A stretch of DNA of 64,000 nt from the human T2T-CHM13v2.0 reference genome, Homo sapiens, in NCBI RefSeq assembly GCF_009914755.1, contig NC_060926.1, one strand, 5' to 3'. The notes under the pieces are model-generated. The model saw only the letters and a list, made by a program, of their open reading frames with translations. It did no database searches and was not told the DNA's origin. Of this stretch, positions 1 to 13,200 are shown in pieces; within the stretch, counting starts at the first letter, position 1; every line of letters begins with the position of its first letter. A program made the position numbers and the translations under genes.

Positions 1-72
1 CGATGATTCCATTCAATTCCAGTTGATGATGATTCCATTCGATTCCATTTGATGATTCCCTTCGATTCCATT

Positions 73-3000
73 CAAAGTTTATTCCATTCGAGTCCATTTG
101 ATAATTCCATTCGATTCCATTCTCCGATGATTCCACTGGAGTCCGTTCGATGATTCCATTCAATTCCAGTTGATGATGATTTCATTCGAGTCCATTCAAT
201 GATTTCATTGGATTCCATTTGATGATGACTCCTTCCGGTTCCATTCCATGATGATTCCATTCGGTTCCATTAGATAGTGATTCCATTCAAGTCCATTCGA
301 TGATTCCATTCGATTCCATTCGATGATGATTCCATTCCGGTCCATTCGATGATTCCTTTAGATTCCACTTGATTTTGTTTCCATTTGAGTCCATTTGATT
401 ATTCCCTTGGAATGCATTCCATGATTCCTTTCGATTCCATTTGATGTTGCTTCCATTCGAGTCCATTCGATGATTCCATTTGATTTCATTCAATGATGAT
501 TCGATTCAATTCCGTTCGATGATTCCATTTGATTCCATTCGATGACAACTCCATTGGAGTCCATTCGATGATTCCTTTCGAGTCCATTTGATGATTCTAT
601 TTGGTTCCATTCGATGATGATTCCTTTGAATTCCATTCGTTGATGATTCCATTCGATTCCATTCGATGATGATTCCATTCAATTGCATTCGATGATGATT
701 CCATTCGATTCCATTCGATGATGATTCCATTCGGTTTCATTCGATGATTCTATTCAATTCCTTTCTATGATTATTCAATTCTTTTCCATTTGATGATTCC
801 ATGTGATTCCATTTGATGATGATTCCATTCGTTTGCATTCGATTATGATTCCATTCAGGTCCATTCAAAGATTCCATTCGATTCCATTCTATGTTGATTG
901 CATTTGAGTTCATTTGACGATTCCATTCGACTCCATTCGATGATGATTCCATTCGTTGATATTCAATGATTCCATTCGATTCCATTTGCTGATGATTCCA
1001 TTCGACTCCATTGAATGATTCCATTCGATTCCATTCAGTGAGGATTCCATTCGTGTCCATTTGATGATTCTGTTCAATTCCATTCGATGATGATTCCTCT
1101 CAAATCCATTTGATGATTCCATTCGAGTACATTCGATTATTCCATTTGATTTTATTTGATGATGATTCCATTCGATGCCATTCGATGATTCCATTCGATT
1201 CCATTCAATGGTGATTCCATTCGATGTCATTCGATGATTCCATTCAATCCTATTTGATGATGATTCCATTCGTGTCCATTCGATGATTCCATTCGTTTCC
1301 ATTCGATGATGATTCCATTTCAATCCATTCGATGATTCCTATCGATTCCATTGGATGACTCCGTTCAATCCCATTCGATGTTTCCCTTCGATTGTCTTTG
1401 ATGATCATTCCATTCGATTCAATTTGGTGATTCCATTCGATGATGATTCCGTTCGATTCCATTCGATGAGGATTCCATTCGATTCCATTTGATGATGATT
1501 CCATTCAATTCCATTTGACGATGATTCCATTCGAGTCCATTTCATGATTCCATTCGATTCCATTTGATGATGATTCCACTCAAGCCCATTTGATTATTCC
1601 ATTCGAGTCCATTCAATGATTCCATTAGATTCCATTCGATGATGATTCCATTCGAGTCCATTCGATGATTCCATTGGATTTCATTCAATGATGATTCCTT
1701 TCAGGTCCATTAGATGATTCCATTAGATTCCATTTGATGATGACTCCATTAGATTCCATTCTTTGATTGCATTCGATTCCATTCGATGATGATTCTATTC
1801 GAGTCCATTCGTTGATTCCATTCGATTCCATTCAATGATGATTCCATTCGAGTCCAATCGATGATTACAGTCGATTCCATTCGATGATGATTCCCCTCGA
1901 GTGCATTCGATGATTCCACTCGAGTCCATTCGATGATTTCCTTAGATTCCATTCAATGATGATTCCACTCAATGCAATTCAATGACTAAATTCTTTTCCA
2001 TTCGATGTTGTTTCCATTCAAGTCCATTTGATGATTCTATTCGATTCCATTCAATGATGATTCAATTCGTGTCCACTCGATGATTCCATTCTATTCCATT
2101 CGATGATTATTCCATTAGACTCCATTCGATGATGATTCCATTCGATTTCATTCTGTGATTCTATTCATTTCCATTCGATGTTGATTCCATTCTTTTCCAG
2201 TCGATGATTCCATTCGATGCCATTCGATGATTACATTGGATTACATTCGACCATGACTCCATTCTATTCCATTTGATTATTCCATTCGATTCCATTCGAT
2301 CAGGATTCCATTTGATTCTATTCAATGATGATTTCATTCATGTCCATTCGAATGAATTACATTTCACTGATTTCAATGATGATTCCATTCACGTTCATTA
2401 GATGATTCCATTTGATTCCATTCATTGATGATTCCGTTCAGATTCCATTCGATGATTCCATTCGATTCCATTTGATGATGATTCTATTCAATTGTATTCA
2501 ATGATTCCATTCGATTCCATTCGATGATGATTCCAATCGGTTTCATTCGATGATTCTATTCAATTCCTTTCTATGATTATTCAATTCTTTTCCATTTGAT
2601 GATTCCATGTGATTCCATTTGATGATGATTCCATTCGTTTGCATTCGATTATGATTCCATTCAGGTCCATTCAAAGATTCCATTCGATTCCATTCTATGA
2701 TGATTGCATTTGAGTTCATTTGATGATTCCATTCGACTCCATTCGATGATGATTCCGTTCGTTGATATTCAATGATTCCATTCGACTCCATTTGCTGATG
2801 ATTCCATTCGACTCCATTCAATGATTCCATTCGATTGCATTCAATGAGGATTCCATTCGAGTCCATTTGATGATTCTGTTCAATACCATTCGATGATGAT
2901 TCCTCTCAAATCCATTTGATGATTCCATTCGAGTACATTCGATTATTCCATTTGATTTTATTCGATGATGATTCCATTCGATGCCATTCGATGATTCCAT

Positions 3001-6000
3001 TCGATTCCATTCAATGGTGATTCCATTCGATGCCATTCGATGATTCCATTCAATCCTATTTGATGATGATTCCATTCGTGTCCATTCGATGATTCCATTC
3101 GTTTCCATTCGATGATGATTCCATTTCCATCCATTCGATGATTCCTATCGATTCCATTGGATGACTCCGTTCAATCCCATTCGATGTTTCCCTTCGATTG
3201 TCTTTGATGATCATTCCATTCGATTCAATTTGGTGATTCCATTCGATGATGATTCCGTTCGATTCCATTCGATGAGGATTCCATTCGATTCCATTTGATG
3301 ATGATTCCATTCAATTCCATTTGACGATGATTCCATTCGAGTCCATTTCATGATTCCATTCGATTCCATTTGATGATGATTCCACTCAAGCCCATTTGAT
3401 TATTCCATTCGAGTCCATTCAATGATTCCATTAGATTCCATTCGATGATGATTCCATTCGAGTCCATTCGATGATTCCATTGGATTTCATTCAATGATGA
3501 TTCCTTTCAGGTCCATTAGATGATTCCATTAGATTCCATTTGATGATGACTCCATTAGATTCCATTCTTTGATTGCATTCGATTCCATTCGATGATGATT
3601 CTATTCGAGTCCATTCGTTGATTCCATTCGATTCCATTCAATGATGATTCCATTCGAGTCCAATCGATGATTACAGTCGATTCCATTCGATGATGATTCC
3701 CCTCGAGTGCATTCGATGATTCCACTCGAGTCCATTCGATGATTTCCTTAGATTCCATTCAATGATGATTCCACTCAATACAATTCAACGACTAAATTCT
3801 TTTCCATTCGATGTTGTTTCCATTCAAGTCCATTTGATGATTCTATTCGATTCCATTCAATGATGATTCAATTCGTGTCCACTCGATGATTCCATTCTAT
3901 TCCATTCGATGATTATTCCATTAGACTCCATTCGATGATGATTCCATTCGATTTCATTCTGTGATTCTATTCATTTCCATTCGATGTTGATTCCATTCTT
4001 TTCCAGTCGATGATTCCATTCGATGCCATTCGATGATTACATTGGATTACATTCGACGATGACTCCATTCTATTCCATTTGATGATTCCATTCGATTCCA
4101 TTCTATCAGGATTCCATTTGATTCTATTCAATGATGATTTCATTCATGTCCATTCGAATGAATTACATTTCATTGCTTTCAATGATGATTCCATTCACGT
4201 CCATTAGATGATTCCATTTGATTCCATTCATTGATGATTCCGTTCAGATTCCATTCGATGATTCCATTCGATTCCATTTGATGATGATTCTATTCAATTG
4301 TATTCAATGATTCCATTCGATTCCATTCGATGATGATTCCATTCGGTTTCATTCGATGATTCTATTCAATTCCTTTCTATGATTATTCAATTCTTTTCCA
4401 TTTGATGATTCCATGTGATTCCATTTGATGATGATTCCATTCGTTTGCATTCGATTATGATTCCATTCAGGTCCTTTCAAAGATTCCATTCGATTCCATT
4501 CTATGATGATTGCATTTGAGTTCATTTGATGATTCCATTCGACTCCATTCGATGATGATTCCATTCGTTGATATTCAATGATTCCATTCGATTCCATTTG
4601 CTGATGATTCCATTTGACTCCACTCAATGATTCCATTCGATTGCATTCAATGAGGATTCCATTCGATTCCATTTGATGATTCTGTTCAATTCCATTCGAT
4701 GATGATTCCTCTCAAATCCATTTGATGATTCCATTCGAGTACATTCGATTATTCCATTTGATTTTATTCGATGATGATTCCATTCGATGCCATTCGATGA
4801 TTCCATTCGATTCCATTCAATGGTGATTCCAATCGATGCCATTCGATGATTCCATTCAATCCTATTTGATGATGATTCCATTCGTGTCCATTCGATGATT
4901 CCGTTTTTTTCCATTCGATGATGATTCCATTTCAATCCATTTGATGATTCCTATCGATTCCATTCGATGACTTCGTGCAATCCCATTCGATGTTTCCCTT
5001 CGATTGTCTTCGATGATCATTCCATTCGATTCAATTTGGTGATTCCATTCGATGATGATTCCGTTCGATTACATTCGATGAGGATTCCATTCGATTCCAT
5101 TTGATGATGATTCCATTCAATTCCATTTGACGATGATTCCATTCGGGTCCATTTGATGATTCCATTCGATTTCGTTTGATGATGATTCCACTCAAGCCCA
5201 TTCGATTATTCCATTCGAGTCCATACAATGATTCCATTAGATTCCATTCGATGATGATTCCATTCCAGTCCATTCGATGATTCTATTGGATTTCATTCAA
5301 TGATGATTCCTTTCAGGTCCATTAGATGATTCCATTAGATTCCATTTGATGATGACTCAATTAGAGTCCATACTTTGATTCCATTCGATTCCATTCGATG
5401 ATGATTCTATTCGAGTCCATTCGTTGATTCCATTCGATTCCATTCAATGATGATTCCATTCCAGTCCAATCGATGATTACAGTCGATTCCATTCAATGAT
5501 GATTCCCCTCGAGTCCATTCGATGATTCCACTCGAGTCCATTCGACGATTTCCTTAGATTCCATTCAATGATGACTCCACTCAATGCCATTCAATGACTA
5601 AATTCGATTCCATTCGATGTTGTTTCCATTCAAGTCCATTTGATGATTCTATTGGATTCCATTCAATGATGATTCCATTCGTGTCCACTCGATGATTCCA
5701 TTCTATTCCATTCGATGATTATTCCATTAGACTCCATTCGATGATGATTCCATTCGATTTCATTCTGTGATTCTGTTCATTTCCATTCGATGTTGATTCC
5801 ATTCTTTTCCAGTCGATGATTCCATTCGATGCCATTCGATGATTACATTGGATTACATTCGACGATGACTCCATTCTATTCCATTTGATGATTCCATTCG
5901 ATTCCATTCGATGAGGATTCCATTTGATTCCATTCAATGATGATTCCATTCATGTCCATTCGAATGAATTACATTTCATTGCTTTCGATGATGATTCCAT

Positions 6001-9000
6001 TCACGTCCATTAGATGATTCCATTTGATTCCATTCATTGATGATTCCGTTCAGATTCCATTCGATGATTCCATTCGATTCCATTTGATGATGATTCCATT
6101 CAATTGCATTCAATGATTCCATTCGATTCCATTCGATGATGATTCCCTTCGAGTCCATTAGAAGATTCCATAACATTCCATTCGATGGTGATTCCTTTCT
6201 ATTTCATTCAATGATTCCATTCGATTCCATTCGATGATGATTCCCTTCGAGTCCATGAGATGATTTCATAACATTCCATTCGATGGTGATTCCATTTGAT
6301 TCCATTTGATGGTGATTCCATTTGATTGCATTCGATGATTCCTTTCGTGTCCATTCGATGACACCATTGGATTCCATTCGATGATTTCATTCGTTTCCAC
6401 TTGTTGATGATTCCATTCGATTCCATTTGATGATGATTCCATTCGATTCCCTTCATTGAAGATTCGATTAGATTCCATTTGATGATGATTCCATTCGAGT
6501 CCATTCAATGAAGATTCCATTCAATTCCATTTGATGATGATTCCATTTGACTCCATTCAATGATGATTCCATTCGATTCCATTCAAAGATTCAATTCCAG
6601 TCCATTCAATGATTCCATTCGATTCCACTTGATGATGATTCCTTTCAAGTCCATTCAATGATTCCATTCAATTCCATTCCATAATAATTCCTTTCAAGTC
6701 CATTCAATGATTCCATTCAGTTGCATTCGATGATTCCATATGATTTCATTCGATGATGATTCCATTTGATGATTCCATTAGATTCCCTTCGAGCATAATT
6801 CCTTTCGAGTCCATTCGATGATTCCATTCAATTCCATTCCATGATGATTCCATTTCATTCCATTGAATGATGATTCCATTCGAGTCCATTCTATGATTCC
6901 TTTCTATTCCATTCGTTGATTCCATTCAATTCCATTCGATGATGATTGCATTCGACTACATTCGATGATTCCAATCGATTCCATCCGATGATTGGAGTCC
7001 ATTCGGTGATTCCTTTAGATTCCACTCAAAGACGATTCCATTCAATTCCATTCCATGATACCATTCGATTCCATTCATTGATGATTCCATTTGATTCCAT
7101 TTGATGATTCCATTTTATTCCATTCGATGATGATTCCATTCCATTCCATTTGATGATTCCATTCCATTCCATCAGATGTTGATTCCATTCGTGTCCACTT
7201 GATGATTCCATTCTTTTCCGTTCGACGATGATTCCATTCGATTCCATTCGATGATTCCATTCGAGTACATTCGATGATTCCATTCGAGTACATTCGATGA
7301 TTCCACTCGATTCCATACGATGATGTTTCCATTGGAGTCCATTTGGCGATTCCTTTAGGTTCCACTCGAAGATGATTCCATTTGATTCCATTCGATTATA
7401 CCATTCGATTCCATTCATTGATGATTCCATTCAAGTGCATTTGATGATACCATTCGATTCCATTCGATGATGATTCCATTCGTTTCCATTTGATTATTAA
7501 ATTCTATTCCATTCAGTGATGATTCCATTAGAGTCAATTCGATGATTCCGTTGGATTCCATTTGATGATGATTCCATTCAGTGATTCCATTCAATTCCTT
7601 TTGATAATGATTCCAATCGATTCCATTCGATGTTGATTCCATGGGATTCCATTCTCTGATTTCATTCGATTGCATTACACAATGACTCCATTCGATTCCA
7701 TTTGATGATTCCATTTGATTCCATTTGATGATGATTGCATACTATTCAATTCGATGATGATTCCATTTGGGTCCATTAGATGATTCCATACGATTCCATT
7801 CGATGACGATTCCATTCTATTTCATTCAATGATGATTCCATTCGGGTCCATTATATGATTCCATTCGATTCCATTTGATGATGATTCCATTCGTGTCCAT
7901 TCGATGATTCCATTCTTCTCCATTCGATGATGATTACATTCAAGTCTATTCGCTGATACTATTAGAGTCCATTGAATGATTGCTTTTGATTCCATTCGAT
8001 GCTGATTCCATTCCATTCCATTCCATTCCATTCCATTCGATGATGATTCCATTCGATACCATTCTATGATTCCTTTAGATTTCATTTCGTGCTGATTCCA
8101 TTCAATTTCATTCTAAGATTCTATGCGAATCCATTCAATGATGATTCCATTCGATTCCATTTGATGATTCCGTTTGATTTCATTTGATGATGATTCCATT
8201 TGATTCCATTAGGTGATTCCATTCAATGATGGTTACATTCGAGTCCATTCAATGATTCCTTTCTACTCTATTTGATGATGATTCCATGTGAGGACATTCA
8301 ACGGTGATTCATTTGGATACCATTTGATGATTCCATTCGATTCCATTCAATGATTATTGCATTCGATTCCATTCGATGATTCCATTTGATTCCATTCAAA
8401 GATGATTCCATTCGATTCCATTTGATAATTCCATGCGATTCCATTCGATCATTCAAATGGATTCCATTTGATGATGATTCCATTTTTGTCCATTCGACGA
8501 TTCCATTCAATTCCATCAGATGATGATTCCATTCGAGTGAATTCGATGTTTCCAATCAATTCCATTCAATGATGCTTCCATTTAAGGCTGTCTGATGACT
8601 CTATTCATTTCCATTCTACAATGATTCCCTTTGAGTCCTTTTGAAGATTTGATTCGAGTCCTTTCGATGATCCCATTTGATTCCATTCGAGGATGATTCC
8701 GTTCGAGTCCATTTGACGTGTCCCTTCGAGTACATTTGATGATTCCATTCGAGTCCAACTGAGGATTCCATTCAATTCCATTCTGTGATGTTTCCGTATG
8801 ATTCCATTCGATGATGATTCCATGTGATTCCTTTCGATGATCATTCATTTTAATTGCATTTGATTAGGATTCATTTCCAGTTCATTCGACGATTCCACAC
8901 GATTCCATTCGATGATGATTCCATTCGAGTGTATTTGATGATTCCTTTCGATTCCATTAGAAGATGATTCCATTTGATTCCGTTTATTGGTGATCCCATT

Positions 9001-10171
9001 CAATTCCATTCAATGATTCCATTCCATTCCACTCAAGAATGATTCCATTTGATTCCATTTGATGATTCCTTCCGCTTGATTCCATTTGATGATGATTCCA
9101 TTCGATTCCATTCGATGATGATTGCCTTCAATTCCATTCGATGATTCCATTCGATTCCATTCGATGACGATTCGGTTTGATTCCATTTGATGATTCCATT
9201 CGAGTCCATTCGATGATTCCATTCGATTCCATTTGATGATGATTCCATTTGAGTCCATTCGATGATTCCATTCGAGTCCATTCAATGATTCCCTTCATTC
9301 GAGTCCATTTGATGATTCCATTCGATTCCATTTTATGATTATTCCATTCGTGTCCATTAGATGATTCCATTCGAGTCCATTCAATCATTCCATTCAATTC
9401 CTTTCGATGATTCCATTCGATTGTATTTGATGTTTCCATTCGAGTCCATTTGATCATTCATTCGTGTCCATTCGATGACTCCATTCGATTCCATTTGACG
9501 ATGATCCCATTTGATGATGATTCCATTCGTGTCCATTCAATGTTTTTGTTCTATTCCATTCAATGAGGATTCCCTTCAAATCCATTTGATGATTGTATTC
9601 AAGTCCATTCAGTGATTGCTTTCGATTCCATTCGATATTGATTCCCTTTGATTCCATTCGATGAGGATTCCATTCGTTGTCATTCTAGGATTCCATTCGA
9701 TTCCATTTGATGTTGATTGCATTTGATTCCATTTGATTATTCTATTCGATTATTTTTGATGACGATTCCATTCGATTCCATTCAGTGATTCCAGTTCATT
9801 ACAGTTGATGATGACTCCTTTCGATTCCATTCGATGATTCCATTTGATTCCAATCGATGTTGATTCCATTCGAGTCCATTCGATGATTCCTTTCGATTCC
9901 ATTCAATGATGATTCCATTCGAGTCCATTCAATGGTGATTCCATTGGATTCCATTCGGTGATGCCATTCGATTCCGTTCGATGATTGCATTCGATTCCAT
10001 TTGATGATTCCCTTCGATTCCTTTCAAAGTTTATTCCGTTCGAGTCCGTTTGATAATTCCATTCGATTCCATTCTCCGATGATTCCACTGGAGTCCTTTC
10101 GATGATTCCATTCAATTCCAGTTGATGATGATTCCATTCGATTCCATTTGATGATTCCCTTCGATTCCATT
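73..10171 (+). repeat. Higher-order unit, expanded to 10099 bp (~6340 + 2x1806 + 147)
   Basis: Anchor CAAAGTTTATTC at 73 and 10172. Contains the internal 1806-bp triplication and a terminal 147-bp duplication. Confidence 0.9.
680..6130 (+). repeat. Three tandem copies of an 1806-bp sub-segment of the higher-order unit
   Basis: CAATTG(C/T)ATTC at 680, 2489, 4295 and 6101. Equivalent artefactual ORFs at 737/2543/4349, 1250/3056 and 1749/3555 all have an offset of 1806. Confidence 0.93.
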
Positions 10172-10285
10172 CAAAGTTTATTCCATTCGAGTCCATTTGA
10201 TAATTCCATTCGATTCCATTCTCCGATGATTCCACTGGAGTCCGTTCGATGATTCCATTCAATTCCAGTTGATGATGATTTCATT
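9995..10285 (+). repeat. 147-bp tandem duplication (3x49)
   Basis: CAAAGTTTATTCC...CTCCGATGATTCCACTGGAGTCC...CCAGTTG occurs at 10025 and again at 10172. Confidence 0.9.
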
Positions 10286-13200
10286 CGAGTCCATTCAATG
10301 ATTTCATTGGATTCCATTTGATGATGACTCCTTCCGGTTCCATTCCATGATGATTCCATTCGGTTCCATTAGATAGTGATTCCATTCAAGTCCATTCGTT
10401 GATTCCATTCGATTCCATTCGATGATGATTCCATTCCAGTCCATTCGATGATTCCTTTCGATTCCACTTGATTTTGATTCCATTTGAGTCCATTTGATTA
10501 TTCCCTTGGAATGCATTCCATGATTCCTTTCGATTCCATTTGATATTGCTTCCATTCGAGTCCATTCGATGATTCCATTTGATTTCAATCAATGATGATT
10601 CGATTCAATTCTGTTCGATGATTCCATTTTTTTCCATTCGATGACAACTCCATTCGAGTCCATTCGATGATTCCTTTCGAGTCCATTTGATGATTCTATT
10701 TGGTTCCATTCGATGATGATTCCTTTGAATTCCATTGGTTGATGATTCTATTCGATTCCATTCGATGATGATTCCATTCAATTGCATTCGATGATGATTC
10801 CATTCGATTCCATTCGATGATGATTCCATTCGGTTTCATTCGATGATTCTATTCAATTCCTTTCTATGATTATTCAATTCTTTTCCATTTGATTATTCCA
10901 CGTGATTCCATTTGATGATGATTCCATTCGTTTGCATTCGATTATGATTCCATTCAGGTCCATTCAAAGATTCCATTCGATTCCATTCTATGACGATTGC
11001 ATTTGAGTTCATTTGATGATTCCATTCGACTCCATTCGATGATGATTCCATTCGTTGATATTCAATGATTCCATTCGATTCCATTTGCTGATGATTCCAT
11101 TCGACTCCATTCAATGATTCCATTCGATTCCATTCAATGAGGATTCCATTCGAGTCCATTTGATGATTCTGTTCAATTCCATTCGATGATGATTCCTCTC
11201 AAATCCATTTGATGATTCCATTCGGTACATTCGATTATTCCATTTGATTTTATTCGATGATGATTCCATTCGATGCCATTCGATGATTCCATTCGATTCC
11301 ATTCAATGGTGATTCCATTCGATGCCATTCGATGATTCCATTCAATCCTATTTGATGATGATTCCATTCGTGTCCATTCGATGATTCCGTTCGTTTCCAT
11401 TCGATGATGATTCCATTTCAATCCATTCGATGATTCCTATCGATTCCATTGGATGACTCCGTTCAATCCCACTCGATGTTTCCCTTCGATTGTCTTTGAT
11501 GATCATTCCATTCGATTCAATTTGGTGATTCCATTCGATGATGATTCCGTTCGATTCCATTTGATGAGGATTCCATTCGATTCCCTTTGATGATGATTCC
11601 ATTCGATTCCATTTGACGATGATTCCATTCGAGTCCATTTGATGATTCCATTCGATTCCATTTGATGATGATTCCATTCAAGCCCATTCGATTATTCCAT
11701 TCGAGTCCATTCAATGATTCCATTAGATTCCATTCGATGATGATTCCATTCGAGTCCATTCGATGATTCCATTCGATTCCATTCAATGATGATTCCTTTC
11801 AGGTCCATTAGATGATTCCATTAGATTCCATTTGATGATGACTCCCTTAGAGTCCATTCTTTGATTCCATTCGATTCCATTCGATGATGATTCTATTCGA
11901 GTCCATTCGTTGATTCCATTCGATTCCATTCAATGATGATTCCATTCCTGTCCAATCGATGATTACAGTCGATTCCATTCAATGATGATTACCCTCGAGT
12001 CCATTCGATGATTCCACTCGAGTCCATTCGATGATTTCCTTAGATTCCATTCAATGATGATTTCACTCAATGCCATTCAATGACTAAATTCGATTCCATT
12101 CGATGTTGTTTCCATTCAAGTCCATTTGATGATTCTATTCGATTCCATTCAATGATGTTTCCATTCGTGTCCACTCGATAATTCCATTCTATTCCATTCG
12201 ATGATTATTCCATTAGACTCCTTTTGATGATGATTCCATTCGATTTCATTCTGTGATTCTATTCATTTCCATTCGATGTTGATTCCATTCTTTTCCAGTC
12301 GATGATTCCATTCGATGCCATTCGATGATTACATTGGATTACATTCGACGATGACTCCATTCTATTCCATTTGATGATTCCATTCGATTCCATTCGATGA
12401 GGATTCCATTTGATTCCATTCAATGATGATTCCATTCATGTCCATTCGAATGAATTACATTTCATTGCTTTCGATGATGATTCCATTCACGTCCATTAGA
12501 TGATTCCATTTGATTCCATTCATTGATGATTCCGTTCAGATTCCATTCGATGATTCCATTCGATTCCATTTGATGATGATTTCATTCAATTGCATTCAAT
12601 GATTCCATTCGATTCCATTCGATGATGATTCCCTTCGAGTCCATTAGAAGATTCCATAACATTCCATTCGATGGTGATTCCTTTCCATTTCATTCAATGA
12701 TTCCATTCGATTCCATTCGATGATGATTCCCTTCGAGTCCATGACATGATTTCGTAACATTCCATTCGATGGTGATTCCATTAGATTCCATTCGATGGTG
12801 ATTCCATTTGATTCCATTCGATGATTCCTTTCGTGTCCATTCGATGACACCATTGGATTCCATTCGATGATTTCATTCGTTTCCACTTGTTGATGATTCC
12901 ATTCGATTCCAATCGATGATGATTCCATTCGATTCCCTTCATTGATGATTCAATTAGATTCCATTTGATGATGATTCCATTCGAGTCCATTCAATGAAGA
13001 TTCCATTCAATTCCATTTGATGATGATTCCATTTGACTCCATTCAATGATGATTCCATTCGATTCCATTGAAAGATTCAATTCGAGTCCATTCAATGATT
13101 CCATTCGATTCCACTTGATGATGATTCCTTTCAAGTCCATTCAATGATTCCATTCAATTCCATTCCATAATAATTCCTTTCAAGTCCATTCAATGATTCC

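Noticed and set aside
10025-10171. 147-bp duplication equals nucleosome core length
   Set aside because: 147 = 3x49 is fully explained by the monomer register; there is no evidence for nucleosome-driven sizing.
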